A stretch of DNA of 64,000 nt. It comes from a virus. Below, one piece after another: positions 48,876-58,325 of the stretch. Positions within the stretch are counted from its first letter, which is position 1. Every line of letters begins with the position of its first letter. A model generated the notes under the pieces. That model was not told the origin of the DNA, did no database searches, and saw only the letters and a program-made list of their open reading frames with translations. The DNA lies in the IMG/VR virus record IMGVR_UViG_3300018432_000005, positions 1 through 64,000 of that record, one strand, 5' to 3'. The translations under genes were made by a program, and so were the position numbers.

Positions 48876-49169
48876 ATGGCAAACGAAGTAGCAAAGACGA
48901 TTGTGCAGCAACTCGGAAACCTCGCCCTGTCCATGATGGGCGCCTATCAGTTGGTCGCCCTCGACGACGGGCTGCAGTTCGCGATTCGCGGGTCGCGCGC
49001 GGTCAGCAAGATCGTGATCAAGCTCGACGCCGGGACCGACACCTACACCGTCAGCTTTCACACGGGCCGCGGGCTGGCGCTGAAACTCGTCAGCGAGTCT
49101 GACGGCGTCTACGTCGACGCGCTGCACCGCGTGATCGAGAGCGCGACCGGGCTCGCGACACGGCTCTAA
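48876..49169 (+). CDS. Hypothetical phage protein (cassette gene)
   Basis: VAKTIVQQLG...MMGA...DTYTVSF...DGVYVDALHRVIESATGL; ATG 5 nt after the -10 box. Confidence 0.7.
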   Translation: MANEVAKTIVQQLGNLALSMMGAYQLVALDDGLQFAIRGSRAVSKIVIKLDAGTDTYTVSFHTGRGLALKLVSESDGVYVDALHRVIESATGLATRL

Positions 49170-49173
49170 ATAA

Positions 49174-49194
49174 ACGCTTGCGTTGTGCGAGCGT
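49174..49194 (+). promoter_or_regulatory. Operator/promoter O8
   Basis: acgcttgc-gttgt-gcgagcgt; TTGCGT-18-TATGCT. Confidence 0.75.
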
Positions 49195-49213
49195 CTTCCG
49201 CTATGCTTATCTC

Positions 49214-49414
49214 ATGGCAGACGGAAAGAGTGACGACGGCTTCACCGGCTTCAAGACAGCGGCCGCGGCGGCCAGACGGCTGGGAGAGTTGCAGAGCGCG
49301 CAGGGGGTCGCGGGCGGGTGCGTTGCCAGGCTGGCGGAGGGCACCTACGCGGCGAAGCTCGACGGCCGCCTGTACGGCAAGGGTGGAGCCATCAGGGCGG
49401 CTGGCGGCGGCTGA
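49214..49414 (+). CDS. Hypothetical protein (cassette gene)
   Basis: Leaderless ATG 6 nt after TATGCT. Confidence 0.5.
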   Translation: MADGKSDDGFTGFKTAAAAARRLGELQSAQGVAGGCVARLAEGTYAAKLDGRLYGKGGAIRAAGGG

Positions 49415-49453
49415 GAGGTTGGCGACGGTCGGCGCAACGCGGTAAGCTCACGG

Positions 49454-49523
49454 CGGTCTGCACGCAAAGCGAGAGGCGTTCTTCGACCATGCGTGACCAA
49501 GGGGAAGGCGAAAGCCTTCTTTT
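49454..49523 (+). ncRNA. Candidate ~70-nt small RNA
   Basis: TTGGCG-18-TAAGCT promoter; cacgca/tgcgtg stem; gaaggc-gaaa-gccttc-tttt terminator. Confidence 0.4.
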
Positions 49524-49723
49524 GTCGGCGCGAGTCGCTCGTGCAGGCTCTTACGACGGCCCGGTGACGCACTCGACTGGGCCCGTGGTGTCTCGGATGC
49601 CGTCGTGTCTGTGATAGGCGAGAAACTCGCCCACGATGGCGACGAACGCCCCGAACGCCATGCCGCAGACGAAGACGAGGATCAGTGTGCTGGGCTCGGG
49701 CTCTGCGGGCTCTTTCCAGAGGA

Positions 49724-50160
49724 TCACGACAGCCCCCGGGCAGCGTTGATCAGCTCGTCGAGCAGCCGCACCACGCGTTCATCCCCGAGCGCCTCGAAGT
49801 CTTTTCGGAGCTCGATGAAGGGCCGCAGGACGTCTTCGCGATGACCTGCGAGCATCTTCGCGAGCGCGATCGCGTGCACGTGCGACACCGCGGCCGCTTC
49901 GGCGAGCTCGACCTCGTGCCGGGTCGGAGTGGGGTCGTCGAGCGATGTCACGTCAGGCGCTCCCGCTCGAGCAGCTCGGCCCGCGCGGCCAGCGCCTGGA
50001 CCTTCTTCGGCCATCGACTGACGAGGATCGCATCGTAGACGCGCTCGCCGCCCTCGACCGTGTGCCAGCGACGAATGCCCCAGCCGCCGACCGTCTTCAA
50101 GACGTCGTACCCCGAGCGAGGTGCAGCCGGCGCCGGGCGCGTGCTGATCGTCCGCGTCAC
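49724..50160 (-). CDS. Two small coupled hypothetical proteins (49948-50160 and 49724-49951)
   Basis: GTGA-coupled ORFs downstream of the helicase. Confidence 0.45.
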
Positions 50161-50164
50161 GCCT

Positions 50165-51466
50165 TCACCATGGGATCTCGTCTCCGTTGTCGTTCTCGAC
50201 GCTCCCCGCGAGCGCGTTGGCCTCGTCGAGCTCGCCGTCGCTGTCGAAGTCGTCGTCGCCCAGGTCGTCGAACGCGTCGCTTTGCGGCATCGTGTCGGCG
50301 TAGGCCTTCATGCGGGCAACGAGCGCGGTGTTTCGGACGGGGGGCGCTTTGGCGCTGGTCGCGACGGCGATCCCCTTCTGGTTGCCGATCAGAATCACGC
50401 CCACCTTCGCGCGCGTGATCGCGGTGTAGAAGAGCTGCCGCGTCAGCATGTACGAGTGCGACGAGTGCACCACGCACACGACCCAACCGAACTCGCTGCC
50501 CTGGCACTTGTGCACCGTCAGCGCGTACGCGAGGTCGAGCGCGAACGCGTCGGCCTTGCTGTAGGTCACCTGCCGGTCGCCGTAGTCGACGATCAGGCGC
50601 TCGTGATCAAGCGCGAGGATCTCGCCGACCTCGCCATTGAAGACGCGCAAGTCGTAGTTGTTGACCGTGTGGATCACGCGGTCGCCCAGGCGCAGCACCG
50701 TGTCGCTGATCTTCCATTCGGCCCCGGGCCCGCGCGAGGGATTGAGCGTGCGTTGCAGAGCCAGATTGAGCGACTCGACGCCCGCTGCGCCCGTCCGCTG
50801 CGGCGAGAGCACCTGCGCCCCGGGATGCTCGGGCGAGGTCACCACGCGGCACACGGCGGCCGCGACGTCGTCGCTCGACTCGGCCTCGATGAATCGGAAG
50901 TCAGGGAGGTCGACGAGCTCGAGCTCGGTCCCCGCGAGCACCTTCGGCGCGTTGCGACATATCCACGACTCGGCCGCCGCTCGATGCACGTGCGTCAGGC
51001 GCGCGATCGGCACCGCGTCAGACTCGACGAGGTCGGCGAGCACGCGGCCCGGGCCGACGCTCGGCAGTTGGTTGGCATCGCCGACGAAGATGATCCGCGC
51101 GCGCTTGTCGACCGCCGTGACGAGGTCGGCGGCGAGCTCGACGTCGAGCATCGAGCTTTCGTCGATGATGACCACGTCGAAGGGCAAGAGGTTGTGGGCG
51201 TTGTAGGTCCACCCCATCCGTGTCCAGCCTAGAAGCCGGTGAATCGTCGAGGCCTCGTAGCCGGTCGCTTCGCTCATTCGTCGCGCTGCCTTGCCCGTAG
51301 GCGCCGCCAGCGCGACGCGTTGGCCCTCCTGCAGCAGTTGCGCGAGCGTCGTGCGCAGCGTCGTCGACTTGCCCGTACCGGGCCCGCCCGTGATGACGCA
51401 GAAGGGAGCATGCGCCATCAGCTCGACGGCGCGCTGCTGCGAGGGGTCAAGATCAAACTGCTGCAT
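50165..51466 (-). CDS. RecD2-like SF1B helicase, motor half
   Basis: ITGGPGTGKST, APTGKAA, TIHRLL, IIDESSM, VGDANQLPSVGPG, LAYALTVHKCQGSE, FYTAITRAK motifs. Confidence 0.93.
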   Translation of the reverse strand: MQQFDLDPSQQRAVELMAHAPFCVITGGPGTGKSTTLRTTLAQLLQEGQRVALAAPTGKAARRMSEATGYEASTIHRLLGWTRMGWTYNAHNLLPFDVVIIDESSMLDVELAADLVTAVDKRARIIFVGDANQLPSVGPGRVLADLVESDAVPIARLTHVHRAAAESWICRNAPKVLAGTELELVDLPDFRFIEAESSDDVAAAVCRVVTSPEHPGAQVLSPQRTGAAGVESLNLALQRTLNPSRGPGAEWKISDTVLRLGDRVIHTVNNYDLRVFNGEVGEILALDHERLIVDYGDRQVTYSKADAFALDLAYALTVHKCQGSEFGWVVCVVHSSHSYMLTRQLFYTAITRAKVGVILIGNQKGIAVATSAKAPPVRNTALVARMKAYADTMPQSDAFDDLGDDDFDSDGELDEANALAGSVENDNGDEIPW

Positions 51467-52202
51467 TCTTCTGCCGCCCTTCGATCTCGATGTGCGCCTC
51501 GAAGAAAGGAATCGGCGCGAAGTACACATGCAGCGACTCGGCCGGCGCGATGCAGTCGACGACGTCGCCGCTAGGCAGCGCGATCGACTTCTTCACCCGT
51601 CGGCCGTCGCTGCTCGAGCAGCGGCCCCAGAACAGACCGACGCCCAGATTGCCGGGCTCGAACTTCACGTGCCACCTGACGACCCTCACGACGTCACCAA
51701 CTTCTTTGCGCGTGCCATCAGCCCATCGAGCGCGACATCTGCGCGGGCCTCGAACTCGGCCTGCTCGTCAGCCTGGGCCTTGTGCGCGGGGCAGTAGTGA
51801 CGCCGACCGACGGTCGTCCAGCGGTCTTTCATCTGATCTTCGAGGCACCACGTGGACCCTGCGTCGATGCCGGCGCGGCACTCGTCGCCGTTCTCGTCTC
51901 GCGCAGCGCAGCGCACGCTCGCGGGCGGCTTCGGCATGCCCTGTCCGACTTCACCCGAACGCAGATTCGCGTCAGAATCTTCACCTTTGGCTTTGGTCGC
52001 CATCCTCGCCCCCTTCCGCTTCGAACACCCTTGCCATGACCTCGCGCCTGTCGTCGTCGGTCAGCGTCGCCCAGATGGCGCGCAGCATCCGCTCGCTGGC
52101 CCTCGCGCGCTCGAGCTCGTGCGCGGTCGTGTTGAGCTCGGCGCACTTCTCGCGCGTGGTCGCTTCGAGGCGCACGCAGTTGGGGCAGCGAACGAAGCTC
52201 AC
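51453..52202 (-). CDS. Three small hypothetical proteins (51453-51689, 51686-52003, 51981-52202)
   Basis: Overlapping short ORFs between the RecD2 halves. Confidence 0.45.
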
Positions 52203-52208
52203 GGCCGC

Positions 52209-52562
52209 CTATGCCTCGTCGCGCGGAGCGATCGGCGTATTGCCCAGGTCGAACGCGGGCGAGTCGTAGGCCGAGGGCGCCTCGTAAGGGGCGGCGACCA
52301 CGCGGCCGCGCACCGGCTCGTCGTCGTCGGTCGTCTGCCCGGGCGGGTTACGCTGCACGAGGCGCAGCCGGCGCGCATCGAACGGTCGACGATGCGGGCC
52401 CGAGTCGTCGGCCGCAAACCACACGCAGCCGATATCGACGCGGCCGCCTTCGGTCTGCTCGATCTTCTCGACCGTCATGTGCAGTCCGGGCGCGAGCTTG
52501 AGCTCGACGACGTCGCCGGGAATGAACGTCGAGGGGCCTTCTTCTTCTTTGCGGTGCGGCAT
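52209..52562 (-). CDS. YodC/DUF2158-like small protein
   Basis: FIPGDVVELK..G..MTV...CVWF pattern. Confidence 0.6.
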   Translation of the reverse strand: MPHRKEEEGPSTFIPGDVVELKLAPGLHMTVEKIEQTEGGRVDIGCVWFAADDSGPHRRPFDARRLRLVQRNPPGQTTDDDEPVRGRVVAAPYEAPSAYDSPAFDLGNTPIAPRDEA

Positions 52563-52621
52563 GGATAGTCCCTTTCGTAGAAACAGACAGGCGGCGATCA
52601 CTTCTTCCGTCGCGCTGCGCG

Positions 52622-53530
52622 TCACGCGGCAGACTCCCGCGCGCGCTGGGCTCGACGCGCGAACGCCATCGCGAGCGAGCCTTCGGCGTCGGCGATGCGG
52701 GGGAGGTAGATGTTTTGCTCGAGCCGCTCGAGCTTGCCCGTGCGGATCAGGAGCTCGAGCGCGTTGCGCACCGCGCGCTCGTCGCTGATGCAGACGACCT
52801 TGTTCGTCGTCAGCGCGACGAGCTTGCCCGACGCGACGAAGCAGTGACCCGACTGCGTCGCGGTATCCATCGCGTGCATGAGGCCCGCACAGAGGCGGGC
52901 AGGGTCGTCTCTGCGCACGCCCATGCGCATCGCGACGTCGTCAGAACGTTGCCAGCCGAAGCCGCGCACGCACTCCATGAGCTTGTACGGGTTTTCGCTG
53001 ATGCGCGACTCGGCATCGCTGCCCCACATCTCGACGACCTTCGCCACTTGGTTGTCGGTCAAGCCCCACTGCTTGAAGCGGACCATGCGATCGCGGTCGT
53101 GCTTGTGCGCGCGGTAGGCGGCGAGGATCTCGTCGGCGCGCGGCGGGGTGATGCCGTCGACGACGCACAGACCCATGTGGTCGCCCGTGTCGAGCATCTG
53201 CCAAAGGCCATCGACGCCGAAGCGCTCGACGAGCTGTTCCGCGCGGCGCTTGGAGATCTGCGGGAGCTTGGCGGCAAGCCATCCGACAACGCCGCTTTGG
53301 TCTGCAGGCAGCACGACGCGACACGTCTTGACCTTGAACTGCTTTCCGTACTTCTGATGATGCGCGAGGTCGCCTTCGAGCTCGAGCGTATCGCCGGGAT
53401 TGGCGCCGACGAGCTTGCCGACGATCGAGAGGTTGCCCCCGTCGTGCAGCGTGCGCAGCGTGCCGAAGCCCCAGAAGTCGGAGCCGGCGACGCGGAACGA
53501 GACGAGCTCGCCACGGATAGAGTCAGGCAC
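52622..53530 (-). CDS. RecD2 N-terminal half (OB fold + HhH repeats)
   Basis: HQKYGKQFKV, AEQLVERFG, VDGITPPRA, ENPYKLMECVRGFGWQRSDDVA, DDPARL, QSGHCF motifs. Confidence 0.88.
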   Translation of the reverse strand: MPDSIRGELVSFRVAGSDFWGFGTLRTLHDGGNLSIVGKLVGANPGDTLELEGDLAHHQKYGKQFKVKTCRVVLPADQSGVVGWLAAKLPQISKRRAEQLVERFGVDGLWQMLDTGDHMGLCVVDGITPPRADEILAAYRAHKHDRDRMVRFKQWGLTDNQVAKVVEMWGSDAESRISENPYKLMECVRGFGWQRSDDVAMRMGVRRDDPARLCAGLMHAMDTATQSGHCFVASGKLVALTTNKVVCISDERAVRNALELLIRTGKLERLEQNIYLPRIADAEGSLAMAFARRAQRARESAA

Positions 53531-54053
53531 AAGCCACCTTCCTTTGACTGACGCCGCGGCCGCGCGTCTTCGATGCCGTCAGCGCCTGCTCGACCGGCAT
53601 GCCCTCGCGCACGCGTCGATACACCATGCCGACCGTGATGCCGAAGCGCTGCGCCCACTCGGGCAGCGTGCGCGTCACACCGTCGATCGTGACCATGCGC
53701 GCGGGGCGCACGATGCCCTGCGCGACGCGCTGCCGGGCGGCGCACTTGGGCGAGCAGTAGCGCGTGCCGTCCTGAACCTGCGCAGCCGTCAGCGCCCACA
53801 TGCGGCGGCAGCACGGGCAGCACCGGACGATGGCGTCGCGCTGCTTGTTGCGCACGCGGCGCGCGCGCTCGTAGCTGCGATGGTAGGCGCGGCCGTGCTC
53901 GCGCGAGCGGCGCTCGAGCTGCTTGACGTGGCTGTGCTCCCGCTCGAGTTGCAGGCGCTGCCACGCAACCGACTCGATCCGGTCCCAGATGTCGCCGCCT
54001 GAGAGCGACAAGAACTCGCCCTCGATGCGCGCGAACTCGACCGGCTCAAACAC
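53523..54053 (-). CDS. Zn-finger plus small DNA-binding domain protein
   Basis: CPCC, YCSPKC, TIDGVTRTLPEWAQRFGI...VYRRVREG motifs. Confidence 0.6.
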   Translation of the reverse strand: MFEPVEFARIEGEFLSLSGGDIWDRIESVAWQRLQLEREHSHVKQLERRSREHGRAYHRSYERARRVRNKQRDAIVRCCPCCRRMWALTAAQVQDGTRYCSPKCAARQRVAQGIVRPARMVTIDGVTRTLPEWAQRFGITVGMVYRRVREGMPVEQALTASKTRGRGVSQRKVACA

Positions 54054-54732
54054 TGGGCTTCCCCTCGCGCTCGGGCCCGTGCTGCATCGCCGCGGCCGGG
54101 TGCCCGGTGTGCGTCCAGGTGCCGTCCGGCAGCTCGCGCATGCCGACTTGGTCGAGCGTCTCGCGGTAGCCCGGGTGCTCGACCTGGGCGCGCTCGAGCC
54201 GGTCCTGCCAGCCGGCCGGGGGGTAGTGGTGCGGCTCTGCGGCGTCGGGCCATTCGGCGAGCTTTGCCCGCGTCGCGGCCGCGCGCGACTCGAGTTGCTC
54301 GACGAAGGTCGGCGCGTACTGCCCGCGCGCGAACAGCCGCCCACGATCGAGCGCGCGCTGCAGCGAGTCGCGGATCTCGAACGGCTCGCGGTCGAGCGCG
54401 CGTTCGTCGCACTCGTCGAGCTCGAGCCGCAGTTCGCGCGCTAGCTTCCAAGGCAGGTCGCACAGCCGCCGATGCTGCACGAAGCGGTCAACCTCGCCCT
54501 GCACCATGAAGACGTCCCGCCACGGCACCACGCGCAGGCCGACACCTTGCTCGACGTACAGCGCGCGCGCGTCGAGCCGCAGCCCCGGTGTCGACAGCTT
54601 GCAGGCGAAGCTCGCCTCGGCCTGTCCAAACCAGTAGTGCAGCGTGGCGAGCTCGCCGGCTTCCAGCGTGCGCGCGACGACGCGGCCGAAGTGCGACAGG
54701 CGTCGATCCGAAGGGGCGTCGAGCTCAAGCAT
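54046..54732 (-). CDS. Hypothetical protein
   Basis: 228-aa ORF in the minus-strand operon. Confidence 0.55.
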   Translation of the reverse strand: MLELDAPSDRRLSHFGRVVARTLEAGELATLHYWFGQAEASFACKLSTPGLRLDARALYVEQGVGLRVVPWRDVFMVQGEVDRFVQHRRLCDLPWKLARELRLELDECDERALDREPFEIRDSLQRALDRGRLFARGQYAPTFVEQLESRAAATRAKLAEWPDAAEPHHYPPAGWQDRLERAQVEHPGYRETLDQVGMRELPDGTWTHTGHPAAAMQHGPEREGKPSV

Positions 54733-55810
54733 CGAGCCCCCCTTTCGGCGAGTACGACAGCCCGGCCGAGAAGATCAGCCATGAGATCTGCAGGTCGACG
54801 CCGCCGCAGCGGTACGGCCCGCGCTGCACGACATCCTCGTTTCGCTTGAGCTCGGGCAGCGGCTTGAACCACGCCCGCTCGCCCCCCTCGAAGCGCGCCG
54901 CGGTGCATGCAAACAGGTGCACGTAGTGCCCGAGTGCAGAGAGGGAGAGAGCCGCGTGCGTGTTCCTCGACATCACACCCTCTCGCAGTCGCCGGGGAAC
55001 GCGAGCACCCATCGGCCCTTGGGGTCGCCGTGTGTATCGGGGAACGGGTGCACGGCCGCGTCGACGCAGCGCTCGTCGAGCTCGATCCACGCGCAGTCAT
55101 CGCTGCGACGCAGGCGCTCGACTCGGCCGACCAAGTTGACGGGGCGGTCTTCGTGGTCGCGCAAGACGCGCACGCGTTGACCACGCTCGAACAGCTTGAC
55201 CGGCCGGGCCATCACTCTTCCTCGCTGCGCGCAGCCTTGAAGCGCCCGCCCTCGAACGTGCCGAGCAGACGATCCCGGTGCTTGAACGTGGCGACGGGGC
55301 TGCTCGACAGCAGCTCGACGTCGACGCGAGGCGAGTAGCCGTTTTCAGACAGCGACAGCGCGACGGCCACCATAGGCTGCCCGTCGTCGTGGTCTTTGGG
55401 CAGGGAGACCGTTGCACGCCAGCCGACCTGTCCCGAGTGCTCGTAGTCGATGACCACGCGGCCGCGCTCGCCGTCGTCGACCATGATCGTGGTCGTGTTG
55501 TCGTAACAGCCGAGCTCGTCGACGACCTTGCCGTCGATTGCAATCTCGAGCAGGTCGTCGCTCGCGCCCCAGACAGACAGCCGCGTCACCGCTCGACCTG
55601 TCCTTCTCGCTCGACCACGATGCGCGCCCACAGCGCGTGAATGAACGAGGTCATGCCCACGCTGACGAGCGTCAGGATCAGCGATCCCGTCGCGAGGAAC
55701 ACGCCGGCCGCGGACATCACGATCGCCGGCCCCGTGCGCAGTGTCGCCATGTCCTGAAACGTGCCCGTCAGGTCGTCGCCGACGGGCTTTCGAAGCGTGA
55801 GCTTGTCCAT
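54725..55810 (-). CDS. Four small coupled hypothetical proteins (54725-54973, 54973-55215, 55212-55589, 55586-55810)
   Basis: Stop/start overlaps; 55212-55589 has WGASDDLLEI motif. Confidence 0.5.
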
Positions 55811-55985
55811 GGTGCATTCCTGTCGAGAGTGTGAGAGGGGAAGGGTCAGGGGGCCGCGATGCAGAACGACAGCGCGACCGCCAACGCGATGACCAGCATC
55901 AGCAGCGCCGCGTACGGCGGCCCGCCGATGGGCTCACGCGAGGGCGGCGGAGGCGGCCGCGGCGGAGGCTGCGGCTTGGCGGGCA

Positions 55986-56579
55986 TCAGTCGTGCAGCGC
56001 GGCGGAAAACGCGCTGATGAAGTCGACCTCTTCGAGCGTCTTGACGTCGACGATGTCGTGCGCGGCGCCCTTCAAGTCGTCGTCGAGGCCGTCGAGAAAC
56101 GACTTGAGTGAGGGATCGATCTGACCAACCGTCAGGAACGAGATCGCGAACTCGTGCTCGTCTTTGATCTCCTTCGTGATGTCGACGATCGCCTTCTGCA
56201 CTGCCTTGGGGTCGCTGGGCTGACCGTCGGTCGCGATGAACAAGACGGTCTGCTTGTAGCCGCCTGCCTTGTGCAGCTTGAAGGCCTCTTGGATCAGCGC
56301 GTGAGTCTGCGTCGCGCCCTCGTTGGCCTTGAGCTTGCCGACGATCTCTTCTGCCTTTTCTGCCGTCACGCCCTTGTACGAGGTCACGGTCTGGCCGAAC
56401 GTGAGCACGTCGATCCCGTCCTCGTCGTACTTGCCGGCTTCCTTGGCGAAGGTGATCACCTTCTCTTTGAGGTACTGGATGCGCTGCGCACCACCGGGGC
56501 AGTCGCTGGCCTGCATGCTGGCCGAGACGTCGACGCCGAAGATGAAGTTGTCGCCCTGGTTGAGTTCGAGTTGTGACAT
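55986..56579 (-). CDS. von Willebrand factor A (vWA) domain protein
   Basis: MIDAS DVSASM, GATQT, IATDGQP, FLDGLDDDL motifs; GAGG RBS. Confidence 0.88.
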   Translation of the reverse strand: MSQLELNQGDNFIFGVDVSASMQASDCPGGAQRIQYLKEKVITFAKEAGKYDEDGIDVLTFGQTVTSYKGVTAEKAEEIVGKLKANEGATQTHALIQEAFKLHKAGGYKQTVLFIATDGQPSDPKAVQKAIVDITKEIKDEHEFAISFLTVGQIDPSLKSFLDGLDDDLKGAAHDIVDVKTLEEVDFISAFSAALHD

Positions 56580-56660
56580 GTGGATCCGCCTCTTTTGGTC
56601 TGTGTCGGGTTGTTGGTCTGGTACTGCTTGAGATCCCCGCCTATCGGAGATCGAAAGGGG

Positions 56661-57020
56661 TCACTCGAACTCGACTCGCTCGCCGCGTGAGGCTGCGAGA
56701 CGAAGCCCGTCGGCAAAGCGTCGCGCTCTTGTTCGAAGGTGGTCGACGCGCGTGTCGTCGTCGGACGTGATCAGCGGCCCGAGCTCGTCAAGGCGCGCGG
56801 CCAGCGGCAAGAGGTGCTCAACCTCGATCTCGCCTTCGTTGTCGGCGTGGTTGAGCAGCACGTGCAGCACGTCGGGCGCGAGGCTTTCCCACGCGACCTC
56901 GCCGCCAAAACCCCGCATCGCATTGAGGTCGATGCCGGCTGCCGCAGCGAGGCGCTTGCGCCAGTAGTGAAAACTGGTGCACGTGCCGCTGTAGCAATCG
57001 TGAGAGACGTCGAGGCCCAT
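56661..57020 (-). CDS. Hypothetical phage protein
   Basis: MGLDVSHDCYSG...F..WR..LA...LLNHADNEGEI pattern. Confidence 0.7.
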   Translation of the reverse strand: MGLDVSHDCYSGTCTSFHYWRKRLAAAAGIDLNAMRGFGGEVAWESLAPDVLHVLLNHADNEGEIEVEHLLPLAARLDELGPLITSDDDTRVDHLRTRARRFADGLRLAASRGERVEFE

Positions 57021-57332
57021 GGGTCAGGCCTCTGGCCCGTGCACGATGGTCGCGAGCTTCGGGGACAGCGCGCCGGCCGGCTGCTTGCCGAACTCGCTTC
57101 GCGCCCACATGCGAAACGACATCGAGCGAGGCGCGCGTCGACGTTCGCGGCTGCTGCACCTTGCCGCTTGCGTCGTAGGCGGCCGGTGCGGTCGTCACGC
57201 GCTCGGCATAGGCGCGACGCGCACGCGCGAGCGTCAGGACCGTGGGGAGAGACGTAGCGACGTCTCGAATGCTGGTCTTCTTCGACATGGGGGTAGGGCC
57301 TTCCTTGGCGCTAGGGGTAGATCAGAAGTGGA

Positions 57333-58283
57333 TCAGGTAACGAAGTCGTCGCCGCGCATCTCGCCGCCCGCGCCCGCACGCGAGTTGTCGCCCGCTTCGT
57401 GGCGCTGCTCCTGCGAGTCGGCCGCCTCGCTGGCGATGTCGCTGACCTGGGCGAAGAGCTTTGCCTGATCGGCAAGCAGGTCGATGGTCGTCTTTGGCAG
57501 GATCTCGCCGCGCGTGATCAGCGGCGTTGCGAAGTTGCCGTTTTTCGAGATCTCGAGCGTCAGCGTGCACGCGAAGGTGTACAGCGGCACGTTCACGCGC
57601 GACCCGTTGGGCAGGATGCGGCGGCCGAGGTGATGCTTCTGCATGTGCGTCTTGAGCGGCGGCAGACCCGTGCGCTTGAAGCGCAGAAGAAAGCCATCGG
57701 TCGGCCGGTTCTGCTCGTCCAAGTGCGCGGCGAAGATGCCGTACACGGGATCGCAGTTGCGAATGTTCTTGCCGGCGCTGTTCTGATGCCAGTCGGAGTC
57801 CGGGCACGTCTTGCAGTCGCGCACGGTGCCCTGGACGATGGGCAGGAGCTCGCCGCGCGGCCCCTTCAACTGCAGCCCGTCGGGGTGCTTCTCGCGCATC
57901 CTGCCAGTCACGCCGTCTTTGCTCGAGCAGTAGATGACGTTCTCGTTCGTGTCGTTATTGAACCGCGAGAACAGCCGCGTCTTGTGCAGGTGCACGAACG
58001 CGACGCGCAACTGACGGTGCGAAACCTCGTTCAGCGTGTCGTAGAACTCGTCGAGGCGGCGAAGCTCGTTCGTCTTGGGATCCTTGCCCTTCATGTTCCA
58101 GACGATGACGGGCAGCCGCATGTCGTCGCTGTCGGCCTCCTGCAGGCCGTCGTCTTCGACCTTCGTATCGCCATAGAGCGCGGCGAGTTGCTCGGCTTCG
58201 GTCTGCGGCGCGGCCGCGAGCGCCGACGTCGCACTGTTGTCTGCCGTCGAGAGCGCAGCGGCCGTCGCGTCTTTCTTCACCAT
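57333..58283 (-). CDS. Putative ssDNA-binding/annealing protein
   Basis: Next to the nuclease; CSSKDG, CKTCP, acidic tail ending GDDFVT. Confidence 0.5.
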   Translation of the reverse strand: MVKKDATAAALSTADNSATSALAAAPQTEAEQLAALYGDTKVEDDGLQEADSDDMRLPVIVWNMKGKDPKTNELRRLDEFYDTLNEVSHRQLRVAFVHLHKTRLFSRFNNDTNENVIYCSSKDGVTGRMREKHPDGLQLKGPRGELLPIVQGTVRDCKTCPDSDWHQNSAGKNIRNCDPVYGIFAAHLDEQNRPTDGFLLRFKRTGLPPLKTHMQKHHLGRRILPNGSRVNVPLYTFACTLTLEISKNGNFATPLITRGEILPKTTIDLLADQAKLFAQVSDIASEAADSQEQRHEAGDNSRAGAGGEMRGDDFVT

Positions 58284-58325
58284 GGCTTCCCCCACCATCC
58301 TTGGCGCCCACACCCGAGCGCATAA

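Noticed and set aside
46363-49194. Operator repeats as a CRISPR array or integron attC sites
   Set aside because: Spacing is 150-680 bp and filled with genes; repeats embed -35 boxes; no cas operon or integron integrase is present.
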